This document shows, one piece after another, positions 27,230 to 40,110 of a DNA stretch of 64,000 bases. The number at the start of each line of letters is the position of its first letter. The first letter of the stretch is position 1. Under the pieces are notes generated by a model. It saw only the letters and a list, made by a program, of their open reading frames with translations, searched no databases and was not told the DNA's origin. This DNA comes from Chiloscyllium plagiosum (lineage: Eukaryota), in NCBI RefSeq assembly GCF_004010195.1, contig NC_057731.1, forward strand, positions 29,369,374 to 29,433,373. The letters are read 5' to 3'. Made by a program: the position numbers and the translations under genes.

Positions 27230-29030
27230 AAAGATTTGCAAGTTGGAACACCATCCAGGAGACCAAGTGGCAAATGCGGATGCCTTGAGTCACCTCCCCC
27301 TGGCAGATACAATGCCAGTGGTGCCACACCTCCATTCTGGTTTTAAACTTACTGGACACCACTGACAATATCAAACTGTGGACACAAAAAGATCTGGTCC
27401 TGGCAAAACTAAAACAAAAAGGCCATCACAACCAGAACTAAAACCATTCAGAAGGCAGCGAGACTAAATCATTATAGAGGATGGCATATAATTATGGAAA
27501 ACAGGAGTGATTGGCCTGAGTAAAGATTGCCACCAGATACTGGCTGAGTCATCCAGGGGTTTCCAAAATGAAAATGTTGGCAAGGAGCTATGTCAAGTTG
27601 TCAGGATTGGATGTAGACATAGCTGCATTGATGGGGCAGTGCCCAGAGTGCCAACAAGGACAAAGATTACTGCCACAAGCTTCCCCCACATTTGTGGGAA
27701 TGGCCAAGTGAACCCTGGACTCAGTTGCATGATGATTTTGACGGTCCTTTCATGGGCTATATATTCTTGGTCATTGTGGACGCCCATTCAAAGTGGTTGA
27801 ACGTGAATACAGTTCATTCTTCAAACTTGGGGATGACAATTGAAAAGCTGTGAGCATCATTAATAATACACAGACTCCCAGAATTATTGGTCACGGACAA
27901 TGGGATGTCATTTACCATCAGGGAATTTGAATATTTCCTAAAGTTGAATGGCATTTGGCAAATAAGGACAGCTCCATACCATTTATCATCCAATGGTCTG
28001 CCAGAAAGGGCAGTCCAAGTGTTGAAGGCAGGCTTAAAGAAATAGACTATACTTCACTAGATACCAAACTGTCCCTGTTCCTGTTCGATTATGGGAACAC
28101 CCCACATGCAACTACAGGAATATCTCCAGCAGAGTTGCGAGTTGCTTATGGGGAAAAGACACCACACCAGGTTAAACCTGATATTCCCAGACCTGGGGGG
28201 AGGGGGGAGGGTGAAACAGAAGCAGGAAAGCCAATGCTGGCCACACGCCTCTTCTAAGCAACAGAGACTGTTTACTTCAAGTGACGAAAGTTGGTGTTGA
28301 CACCACAGACATGACCCTGTATTGGTATGAGACGATGTCAACACAAGGCCAGGTCCCATGACTTACAAAATTCAGGTTGGTGATACAGTCCTGAACAAGC
28401 ACGTGGATCACCTGAAAGCTGACACCTCGCAAATGGGGCAGGAGCAAAACATATGTGGCCCCTCAGAAAATTCAGAAAGACTATCAGAAACTGTAGGTTC
28501 TCCCCCTCCATCTAGTGTCAAAGAAAGCTCAGAGTCTGAGATAGAGGCAGCCTCAATACCATCACCGCTGGAAGAAGAGGAGGAATTTCTCCCAAGGTCC
28601 TCCGGGTACAAGAGACAGGCTTTGGTCCAGTACACGTTGCCTGTGGCTGAGTCAGAGTCAGAGGAACCAGAGTTGGGGGCACAAATGTCCCAGGAAAAGC
28701 TGCAAAAAAAGAACAGGCCTACATAACCAGGAACAGGGGTGGGGCGTTGGGGGGGAGGTGGAGGGGCAGCGTGGAATGTAGTGACTGGAACCAGCTTTTT
28801 CAGGTGGATCTTATTAAGTATGAGTTCCTTCGTTAGGCCTGTTAACTGGGCCAATCATGGAGCCCTGGCTGACAGATATAAGCCAGAGTGTCACACAGCG
28901 TTGCCCTTTGATGTGAAGGGCACTGCTTGTCACTGGCCACTCGGGTGTTTCCTTTCTTCCTGGTGGTGGAAACTGAATAAAGATTTCATGCATCTTGTGT
29001 CTCTCACTGTGTCTCACACCTGCACACACA
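27230..29030 (+). mobile_element. Gypsy LTR retrotransposon remnant: integrase, polypurine tract and 3' LTR
   Basis: Frameshifted NADALSHLPL, HPG..KMKMLARSY, FLVIVDAHSKWL, LPELLVTDNG and IRTAPYH.SSNGL motifs. G-rich tract 28735-28776, then LTR TGTAGT at 28777 with AATAAA and a CA end near 29030. Confidence 0.85.
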
Positions 29031-29140
29031 TTAAAAAAAAGCCAGAGTGTTATGTGGCATGGGTACTGGGGGAAAATAAGCACTACTGCTGTCAGGCAGT
29101 AATGTGAGAATAAAAGAAAGGAGAGAGAAAAAAATAAATG

Positions 29141-29339
29141 GGAGAGTCACAGGTTCTGTTCACGCTGAGAACTGGCTCTGAGGGAGCTGCATCAGTGAGA
29201 GTGAAAGACTCTCCACAAATAAACCAGAATGTCAAGAGTTCTGTTCATTCCAGGGACTAGAACTGAGCTAGCTGGATAGAGTCTCGCTCACATAAAGGGT
29301 GACTTGGTGACCCGATATGGCCTCTGTGCAGTTATTTCA
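29141..29339 (+). mobile_element. LTR fragment of the 2849-3082 family
   Basis: ggttctgttcac..ctggctctgagggagctg..taaagggtgacttggtg..gttatttCA. Confidence 0.6.
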
Positions 29340-29696
29340 CCTACCTTTTATCCTTCTATCTTTCCACCCACAGGAATTCAGGCTATCAGTCATATTGTAC
29401 TGTTAATTGATTCATTACCTGGGCCCATCCTGTGGAATGGCTTGTAGTTAATGCCTCTCATCTCTATCCTATTCACCAACAGGACCTGGTGGCTCCACCT
29501 CCTGAAGGAGATATCCCAGCTCCAAATGAACTGAGTTCTATTGTGGTGCTGTTACAATACAAGACCCACATTCAGGCAGCCTCTATCGATGAGATTAACT
29601 CTTTAATGGGTATCACACCAGCAATATCTTATGGAAGCCTATGGCAGGAATTTTCTTTTCAACAAGCTAGTTTTATGGCAGGCTTACCTTTAGAGA

Positions 29697-29965
29697 TAGA
29701 ATAGAATTCCTGGAGAATAGAAGCAGGCCATTCAGCCCATCAAGTTCTTACTCTGTCTCTCCAAAGAACATCCCAAACCTCTGCCCGATTTCTGTAATCC
29801 TGCATTTCCCACAACTAATCCACCTAGCTACATATCCCTGGACAGTGGGAGGAAACCCAAACGGACACAGAGAATATGCAAACCCACACAGACAGTCGCC
29901 CATGGGTGGAATTGAACCTGGGTGCCTGGCACTGTGATGCAACAGTGTTGACCGCTGAGCCAATC
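29697..29965 (-). mobile_element. Diverged HE1-related SINE
   Basis: V-domain and tRNA-head remnants on the minus strand. Confidence 0.7.
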
Positions 29966-32900
29966 CCATTAGCTCTATATATTCTCTTCTCTTCTACAAA
30001 CCTCTGCGATCTGTGTTCTTCCAGCTATAATGGCATATGCAATGCCCACTTCAATTGCCGTGCTTTGAGCTGCCTGGGCTTTATCCTGTAAAAAACTCTT
30101 GAGGTTTTGCTTATTTTATACCTCTTGTAATTGTTTCTTTAACATTTTGTTTGGTCCCTGTACAGATCTAATTTTGGTGTCTGGATAAATATTAGCTAGT
30201 GGTCCAGAAATGTATACTTTATTGTCACGAATGCCATAACTGACAATGTTAAATTACATTGACATTAGAAGATATGCTCAGTATTACATATGTGAAGGTC
30301 TAGCATTTTCTCAGCTGATAGCAGAAAGCCAGTCAGGCAGTGCAGAATGCTTACATGGAGCACCCTAGGTTATTCAGGTGCAAATATTGATGAAAATGTG
30401 AGAAGCAAAAGGCAAAGGATAGATCTTGTAACACAGGATTTCTGTCAACCAATGCTGACCCACATACACTGGACACAAACACTTTGTTTTCCTTTATTTG
30501 ATTGTTGATCATTGGATATGGCATTGCTGGCAAGGCCTACATTTATTGCCTACACCCCATCCTTGAACTGAGTGGTTTGCGAGGCCAATTTAGAACACAG
30601 TTAAAAAATACTGAACTGCATTGCTGTGGATCATTGCTGTGTCTCATTTAGACCAAACTGGGCAAGGGTATTAGTCTTCCTTTCACATTGTTGGTTTTTA
30701 CAGTGATTGTTGATACTTGTCATGATCACAGATTTTCTATTCCAAAATTGAATTTAATAGGTTTGAATCCATGCTCCCAGAGCATTAACTTGGATTTATG
30801 ACACACTGATCATGCCACTATGCATCTGTCTCTCCTTAAATATTTGGTTAACATTAATTTCTGATGGCTAACTTACATCAGATACACACAGAGCCACCAC
30901 GTGTGAAAGTTTTGTGTTCAAGGGAATATTGCATTCCAGTGTGCCATGTCCAGATCATGTCGTTTTGGAAAAGTAAAACTGATGAGTGGTTTCCTGTAAA
31001 CTTACTGGGTATAGTCTCTATCATTCAAGTGTGCATTGCAATGGTCTGATGTGATAGATGTCTCCTGGGGATCTTACAAAGATGGATTCTGATGGAGGAA
31101 CTGTAAGCAACATTTTCAGGCTCATATCAGGCTGGGGCAGGTGGGCACAAAGGCTTTCTGGATCCGTTTTGCCCTTAGGCCAATTTCCCAGTCATAAGAT
31201 CACATTCATCAGGCCAAGATGGATCAAGGCCTTTTGTCAGAGACCATTTAGAATTTTCCAATTGGTCTTCAGGCCTTCTGAGGCATGAAGAAATTGGCAA
31301 GCTGCCTAGAAATGGGTTCCACAGAGGAAGATTTGACGGAGGAGGGGTCAACTCCGAAGAAGGACTTTGAGGCTTGACACTGCCTGCCCGCAGCCCAGAT
31401 GAGTGTTAGTGTCATGATGATGTTATTTCATTAGTAAACACCCCTAGAGACACCCAGATTAATGCACTGGAGATATTGCTTCAAATTCTACCATGACGGC
31501 TTGTTTAAAAATTTTAGGGAGGGCAAGTCAAGATGGGAGTGACCCCTCTGTCTCTTGTTTGAATGACAGTCTGCAATGTACTCTTAACTGGATGGCCTCC
31601 TATTGCCTTCGCAGTTTCTAAAGCCCAGTCTCTGCCACTAATTGGCCAATTAATAAAATCTGGAATTGAAAGCTAGTTTCAGTAATGATGACTATGAATC
31701 CATCAACTTTTGTTGTAAAAACTCAACTTGTTCACTAATACCCTTAAGGGAACGAAGACTGTCCTCATTTTGTGGATTGGTCCTCATGTGCTTTCAGACC
31801 CATAGCAATGTGGTTGACTCTTAACTGTTCTCTGAAATGGCCTAGCAAGTCACAACGTACAAGAGAAACTAGGGGTGAGCGTAAATTGTCATCCTTGCCA
31901 GTGATGCCCACATTCCATGAAAGATTCCATAACAAAAATTATGGCCAGACTGTTAAGGACATTTTTAAACCTAAAAGTTAAAAAGCTCAAGCTCGAGACT
32001 TCCTTTCTTCCTGACTCTTATTGCTGTAGGTTGCATCCCCTTCCTATTGGCTCCTTTGAGACTCCTTTTTTGTCAATATAGCTGACAGTGTTTCACTTAC
32101 AGTGTGAGGCTCTCACATATACTCTGCTTATGACCCTGAAATGGAGGCAGACTGGAGACTGTTAAGATCTTGCAGGTTTTACTACTTTGAACATTTCCAG
32201 TCTTTGTTTTAACACAAAGTTTTGAAATGTAAATAGGCCGAATTATAAGCACGTACAATGGCATACACAAAAAAAACAGCGATTTTGTTTTTCCCTTGGC
32301 TGCAAAACAATAGCAAGATTGCCTTGGTTGCAAATTTTATTTTCTTTAGTGCAAGAAAATGTTCAGTGTTACACAGAACAGCTTGCTAAGAGATTAAACA
32401 GGAACAGGGAGCACTGATGTTCAGGAACATCTCGAGCAGGATTGTCTGTTGTCTCTCCAGTTATTCTTTAGTCTGTTTGTTATTGTTCTCAGAAAACGTG
32501 TCATTCAGGTCACCCAGTAAAGTGTTAAAGAAATGGAATATTTAGAAATGTATAAGCATGACATGCAGGAAGAGACTTGCAGCCTTTTAACACAAATCAA
32601 ACCTTGATGAATTCAACCAGATTTTGGAATTGTACTGATTAAAGATGTAATGAATCAGTATTCACCTTTATCCCCACTGCCCCCAAAACCATAGACATGT
32701 TCTCCACCACCCTCCACGCCCCTCCATCCACTGATCCTTATCATAGACAGGCCTCACTCTGTCCTTTACCAACTCTTGAATTACCTTCTGGAATCCTTGG
32801 CTCCTGTCTAGCCAATGTCAGAAGAGTCAGCATCTCCAGGGGGTACGATGGAGTTCAGCATTTTTTGTTGGTTGTGAGAGGGAGGTCAACACAGTTGGGA

Positions 32901-35900
32901 GAGGATGTACCCCCTGTTTGAGGGTGGGGATGGTGATCACTACTGAGGGATACAGTGGGGTGTGATTACTCTCATAGGGAATGGTGAGGTGGTTAGGTGG
33001 GTTTCATATGAAACAAAGAAATGCTGGCCAATGAATAATTGCAGACACACAGCCTTGGGACACTGAAATGTAATTGAAATAAACACCTACTGTTGTTAAA
33101 AAAAGTTTGAAATGAAGACAGTCTTTGATGAGATTTACATTGTGAAATTGTAATTTTTTTAGAAAACAATTCTCATTTAGCCTGTTATATTACTTCCTAA
33201 AATATAAAATGATATTTAAGTATCATTTGTGTTACTTATTTCTTCTTGGCTCATTGAAGTATTTTTTTCTGTGCAACTCTCTTATCAATGATTTCCTCCA
33301 CAGAATGATATCTAGTTTTCCAATATTATTAGGCATCTGTTTACTGCATCTTACTGCACCATTCAGTTGGATTTTATTTTGCAGAATCCCACCGTTCTTG
33401 TGTTGGACAGGTATATTTAAATGTTTTTCAAAGATGCTTATTTTCTTTTGAGCCCATCATTTTGGAGTGATTTGGATACTGCCACGATGAATGCTTTGTA
33501 GTTTTGAATAAGTCTCTGAATGAACAAATTGTCTGATATAACTAGCAGCAGTATATTTTAAAGAAGCCATAAACTATTAACTGTCTTCAGTATACATCAG
33601 TGCTTAATGTAAAACTAGCGTTCTTTAAAATTCCTGCAAAATGTTGATTTGAACACAAAACAAGAATTACGTTTTGAGCTCCTTTGGACTATTTTTGCAG
33701 TTCTTTGCAGAGTATTGATGTGTCTGCAGAGACACTTCATTCATCAGTTGCACATTTCTGCATAAATCAATGAATTTCCATACTAAAAATTGGTAAGGTG
33801 AAGTTGTCATAGTCCCAGAGACCCGATAGCTGCCCTCTCATTAGAGAGAGGGGACTGTTGGTAAATTTAACCTGAGTGACACCACACCTCAGGCAAGAGA
33901 TGAGGTTGAAATGACAGGATTTGTGTGATCTCAGCTGATACAGGATTAAACTAAACTAAAAATATGGTTGCATGAATAACTAATCAGACTAGCAGCTGGA
34001 TTTCTATGAATCAAAGAAGGACTGCTGGTTCCTGTGTTGGCAATTCAGATGTCCACATTAGAAAGACTAGTGAGGAATATGCACCAGGTGGGAGATACTC
34101 AGGTCCAGTGACAGCTCCAGCCAGACCAAACTCCTCAACAAAGACAGGCTCCTATGATAAGATTTCCTTTTATTTTGAGCATTGTTCCTCTTCCCATGTG
34201 AAGGCAGAAGAGCTTAAAAGCAGAGGCCAGTCTCCTAAATTTGACCAAATGAAGTTCATGAATGGTGAAAAGATAACTGTTAGCATTTTCATGGTATTAC
34301 AGTAAGATGTTTTCAACAGAATTTTTTTTATATTTAAGAGCACCTTGCTGAAATTGAGAGTTCATTTGTGCTGGATTAGCAAATCTTGTAATAGCTGAAT
34401 TCTGCTAACTCTTTCAAAACAGTTAAGCAACATTTAGTAAATCAGTGAAGTCTGATACATACACAGGTCTCTCCATGTGCACCAATTAAAATTGCATGAC
34501 GTGTTTCTTTCATGGTTCCTGATCATGGGCCAACAGTGTGCTCTGTTGTGTATATTGAGGAACCACCAGAGAGGTGGAAATTATAAACAGACCACTGGGA
34601 CTATTAAAGGATCATTCAGCCCTCATTGCAATCACAGCTGAGCTACGAGAGCAATTCCTATTCTGTCAGATTCTGATGTGTTCTGTGTGGAATGCTATGG
34701 AATGAAGTAAGCGGGAGTTAGATAGTGTTTTGCTCATTTCATAACAATTATTTGGAGAAAATTATATTACATATGATATGCACACCCTAATTGCTGCCTT
34801 AAACAGAGGTGGATGGTCAATGTGCCATTGAAGTGAGCTCTCCAGTGAGTAGGTTTGCAACTAAAAGAGCACTGATTAAAATTGCAAGACTTTGCAGAAG
34901 AATTAGGCACTTTTTTTTTACTCTTTGCTGTGCTGGAAAAAAGTTTCCAGAATGTAAATCAGATGTGTGGGAGGACATGTGCCTTGTTTCATTTAATCTT
35001 TCTGAGCTATACAACCAGTGCTGTAGATGCTAATTAAAAATAAAACACAATGATAGAAAATGGCAATGATTTATGTGCGCAAAATGCATTTTAAAAAGGC
35101 AATCAATTTGTCAGCTATCTCTGGGATCATTATGTTCTTTGCAGCTTATTCAATATGTTTAGTTCTTCTTGCAGAATAACTAATTCATTGAATTGTTAAT
35201 GCAGTTTTCAAATGGATATTGTCTACAGCCAATTTTAACAAGTAATCCTTTTAATTTCGCTATCCATATGGGCATAAAGAAGGAATGAGAATGTTAACTG
35301 GGGTATCATTATGGATCAACTGTACCTTGGCCAGATTACTTAGGTTGACCCAATTGTGGTTCAGCATAGTTGAAAGTTAGATCGTAAGTGATTCTGATTG
35401 GGAAGTCACAGTGCCTGTTCAAAACATTAACGAAACAGCATCACTGGGCAATTTCAGATCTGGTGGAATCATTATTAGACATTTATGTTCTGGAATTGCT
35501 TTGAGAGGGAAAAGCCTTGGTGTATTTAGCTATTCTGTACATTTGGATATAGGTGCAAAACTAACTGTACAATTGTGCCACATATGATGGAAATGTGTTA
35601 ACTTTGTAACTGGAGTGGAAAACAACTTGAAAGTAATTTCTGGGAATATGAAGAGTGAAAGCAGTTTTCGATTGCTACTGAGTCTGGGCACTGTGCTTCA
35701 TAAGTGGAAGGGGTGAATGATTAAGCTAGATTAGAGGGTGCTGGAAAAGCACAGAGGCCAGGCAGCATCCAAGGAGCGGGAGAATGATTAAGCTGGTGAG
35801 TTAAAACAGAATGACTTGCCTTAGGTGCTGTAGACCATTTTGAGAGTTGTCAAATTTACACTCAGCCGTGTAAGTGGAGATTATTCTATTACATTCTGAA

Positions 35901-37704
35901 TCTGTGTTTTGGTGGACAAGCTCTTGGGAGTTAGAAAGTCAGTTACTTGCCACAGAATTGAAAGTCTCTCACTTGCTCTTGTAACCACAGTATTTATAAA
36001 GCTGGTCCAGTTCAGTTTCTTGGCAGTGGTGACCACCAAGATGTTAATGGATTTGCTACGGAGACTGTGTTTTTCCTCACTGTGGAATCTAGAACATAGG
36101 GGCATAATCTCAGGATGAGTTTTACAAGTATGAAGATTGTAAGATTGTTATATTTTTGGTCTCCTGAATTTTGGGCAAACTAGAAGAATAAAAGAGGTCA
36201 TGTGATTTGTTCTGCATTCTGTCTGACAAGTAGCTTGCATACAGTAGTTGTCAAAGACTAAAAGATATCTCAGGTTGCCTGACTATGAAGAAGATGTGAG
36301 ATTTTCACACTGATAAACAATGACCAGGACAGTGATGCTATTAGGAATGTGTGGTGTTGTAAATATTGGATCAGATAATGGTTCTAAAACAGTAATGATG
36401 GAGACTGCAGTAAGTTCCACTCAATCGAATGATGTCCTACAGTTTTGGGGAGAGAATCAGGAGTTTAGTTTAAGATCTTGTCAGAGTCAGGCATGTTATT
36501 GCTGGCACCTGATAATCTGAAAAATAATGTCTAAGTAGCCAATGTAATGTACCTATTCTTATGCATTAAACTACATTTTGTTGTTAAAGCAAATGCCTTG
36601 CCATGTAAAGACTTGTAGTTCAACCGCTACCACTGTAAATCAAACAGACCCTTAGATCCACTGTTTAAAAGGGTTAGTGGCAGCAGTCCAACTCAATCAT
36701 TAGCCAGTAATGATTTGTTGCACAGCATGCAAACATGGAAATCAGCAGTGGGATTATTGTTTAAAAATCTCAAGTTAATAATGGTGAAAAAAAACCAAGC
36801 GACAGGATTTTCAAGAAGACACATGAGTTTTCTAGTTTAAAGTCAAAACCACTTCATGAATGCACAGACAGTGAGTCAGCAGCACAAGCTGTGAAGCAGT
36901 CTGTAGGTCTCATGTAAGGGAAAAGCAACATTTCAGGTGAAGGTCTTCACCTCAGCGCTGGCAAGAGGTGTAGGAGAAGCAGTGTGGGCTAGTAAGGGAG
37001 TTAAAAAAAAACTAATCACACTTGACAGTAACAGAGTCCTGAGGGAAGAAACATCTGTAAGGGTTCCCGAATCGAGGGTCATATGGGAAATGGTTGTTTG
37101 ACAGCTCCATGAATAAAGTTTGATGGGCAGCAGAGATAAAAACTAAAGGTCCATGTTGGGAATGATAAATATTAAAATGAAATATTTACTGTTTACAGGA
37201 GGATTGCTGGTATATTGAGAGAGCCTGGCTACAACAAAGAAGTAAAGGGCTGTGAAACAATTACTATCAAGATTGCAGCATCAGGAATATTATGGGGCAG
37301 ATTTAGAGTGACAAATTTACAATCGAAAAGATTTAGGAGATGGAGTCTGACAGAAGAATCTTAAACTGTGATATAATCAAGAGGTTGAAAATTTCACTAG
37401 TGGATTTGGCCAGAAGACTTATTAAAGCTGCAGCCTCAGAAGTTCAAATCAAACAAAGAGTGATGCATTGTGTTTAAGTTTAGAAAGAAGGGAAACTGTC
37501 AGCTTTTCCCATGAGGAATCAAGAAGCCTCTATCTAAGTTACAGAATATAGGAAAACCTTGACTTTATTTGGAGAAGACAATAAGCCATCATTTTTATCT
37601 CAAAAGATGGGGAAACCCAAGCAAGCAGAAGCGGGATAAGGTATTGCTAATTTATTGAACATCAGACTTCAAAAATAGCAAAAGTTATGAAGCATTCTGT
37701 AAAT

Positions 37705-37925
37705 AGAGTCATAAAGTCATAGAGATGTACAGCATGGAAACAGACCCTTCGGTCCAACCCGTCCATGCTGACCAGGTATTCCAACCCAATCTAGTCCCAC
37801 CTGCCCGCACGCGGCCCATATCCCTCCAAACCCTTCCTATTCATATACCCATCCAGATGCCTTTGAAATTTTTCAATTATACCAGCCTCCACCACTTCCT
37901 CTGGCAGCTCATTCCATACATGTAA
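37705..37925 (-). mobile_element. HER1/CR1 LINE 3' end
   Basis: (ATAGAGTC)n-type tail plus 3' UTR matching 21455-21650. Confidence 0.85.
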
Positions 37926-39457
37926 TATCGAATCAGAAGCTTTATTAGAAAGAAATAATGCAGGGGGTATTGTTTGAAGTTTAAAACTTTATAACATAAG
38001 AACATGAAGACTGTAAACAAAAGAAAAACAGAGCCATGGATCTGAAACAAAAACAGAAATTGCTGGAAAAACTCAGCAGGTCTGGCAGAATTTCTGGACA
38101 GAAAGCAAAGTCAACATTTTGGGTCCAGTGACCCTACATAAGAACTGGATTCAGGATTGCTAACATGCAGAATTAAATTAGCTGCACAGTAGATTAAAAC
38201 AGTATTGATATACTGTAAAACTGAAACCATAAAAGCAAGCAAACACCAATAGGATGCTGCACATGTAACACAATTTTAAAGGAATATGAATTAATAATCA
38301 TGCTAAGAAGAAAATGATAGGAGAAGTAGCTATACCCAAAAGTCTTAGACTAGAGATGACCAAATAAAACTCAAGATTGGACATCTCCATGAAAATAATT
38401 CTTAGAACAAAGAATTGTTCCAAAATCGAATACTAGACCTCAAGCTGAATAAATAAATACACAATCGTTGAAATTGATTTATTGTCCATTCCAGGTTACC
38501 CTTGAGAAGGTGATGGTGAGTGGCCTTCTTGAATTGCCGCAATCCGTTTAGTGTAGGTGCACTCAGAGTGGTTGGGTACAGGGGTGGGGGGCAAGAAGGG
38601 CAAGGGGAGGTGGGCAGAGTTTGAAGATTTTATCTATTGATACTGAAGGAACTCAAATGAGAACTTGGCTAGCCGTATGGAAGCACACTGATGGAAATGT
38701 ACATTCTAAAGCTTGATGCATCGGCAGGTCTGTCAGAAAGCCAGCAGGCACCACCAATGAGCAAGAACAGGTCCAGAATCAACTTACACATGGCTTTTGC
38801 AGAACTTTGAATCAATCTTTCCAATATGAAGAGATGGCTAGGTTGATGAGAACATTTGTAAAATTGACCATGGTGCAGTGTTTGATGGCTAATGCCTTAT
38901 TTTGAAGAACAAGCAGAAGTCACGCAGACCCTGAGTACTGCAGTGGAAGCTTGGGTGCGGTCAGCAAATCTCAAGTTGCATGCAGGCTCAGACTGTGATA
39001 TATTGTTTGCTGATATCAGGGCTGAAAAAAGACATATAGACACTTGCAACAATCCAACAACCTGTGCTCCTGCAATTACAAGGAATGCTGAGATATTGCA
39101 GCGATAGGTCTGCAGTGATTCCATGATGAATGATATTGCATTCCTATCTCAGACTGACAGCATTCATGCTCACATCACTGCCATTGTGCTAGTACCCTTC
39201 CAGATACCTTTCAACAAGCTAAGATCGATTGCTGATGCTGCATTTTCAAGGTGGTAAAATCCAAATGCCAGTCCTTCCATGTCCAGAGCTGCTTGAGGTC
39301 ATCCTGCAAGGCTATGTGTAATCTCATCCACTGGTATTCAATGGCCTTTTACCAGCCATGTTACAGCTACTGACTTGAACCGCTTTAGGATCCCTGGAAC
39401 AAAGGCATATGCAATACATGCACTGAGTGAAAATACAAATGGCTGTTCACAATTATA

Positions 39458-39556
39458 GTTGAGATTGTGTTGCTGGAACAGCACAGCAGGTCAGGCAGCA
39501 TCCGAGGAGCAGGAACATCGACGTCTTGGGCCGGAGCCCTTCATCAGGAATGATGG
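39458..39556 (-). mobile_element. 99-bp Penelope-terminus insertion with decayed hammerhead
   Basis: 13-bp TSD GTTCACAATTATA at 39445-57 and 39557-69. Minus strand reads CTGATGA-AGGGC-tccg-GCCC-AAGA-CGTC. Confidence 0.8.
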
Positions 39557-40080
39557 GTTCACAATTATAAATGATCGACTGTTGAATTAGTTAGAGAAAG
39601 GAAGACTTATGCAGAAATTTTGATTAAAACCAAATTAATGTAATTGCACTGAACATACTTCAATTCTGTTGAAAAACAGGCATATTTCTGAAAGAGGTTT
39701 TAATATTTCATGGAGAGTTTCCTGATCTTTAAGATCAGTAAAGCCTCACAGTAGTGTTACAAATCACTGTGTCCTATTTCAGGGTCTAAATGTCATCTAA
39801 TCATTTTGGAGTCAATTTTAAGAAATGCTGCTACAGTCAGAATACTTTAATAGATGTGAATGCCAGTCAGAGACAGGGCTGTAACAAAACAGCATTAGGA
39901 ATTGTCACACGGATTGCCCGAGCCTGATAATGATGTATAGAAAACCAGCCTGATTTCTAGTCGACAAAAAAAAGATGTGTGAGGGCTAGGAAATTAGACA
40001 GCAGTCTATTTTGTCAGCTCCCTTGTGAATTCAATCAGTATATAAACATCAGAGAAGTCTTTAAAGAGAAGTTTGTTAAA

Positions 40081-40110
40081 ATATATATATATATGAGAGA
40101 GAGAGAGAGA
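40081..40110. repeat. Compound (TA)n(GA)n microsatellite
   Basis: Directly visible in the sequence. Confidence 0.9.

Noticed and set aside
28408-28854. 148-aa Ser/Pro-rich minus-strand ORF
   Set aside because: Antisense of the Gypsy post-integrase acidic tail and polypurine tract.
36920-36960. Hammerhead-like remnant (caacatttcaggtgaaggtcttcacctcag)
   Set aside because: Core and stems are too degraded to call.
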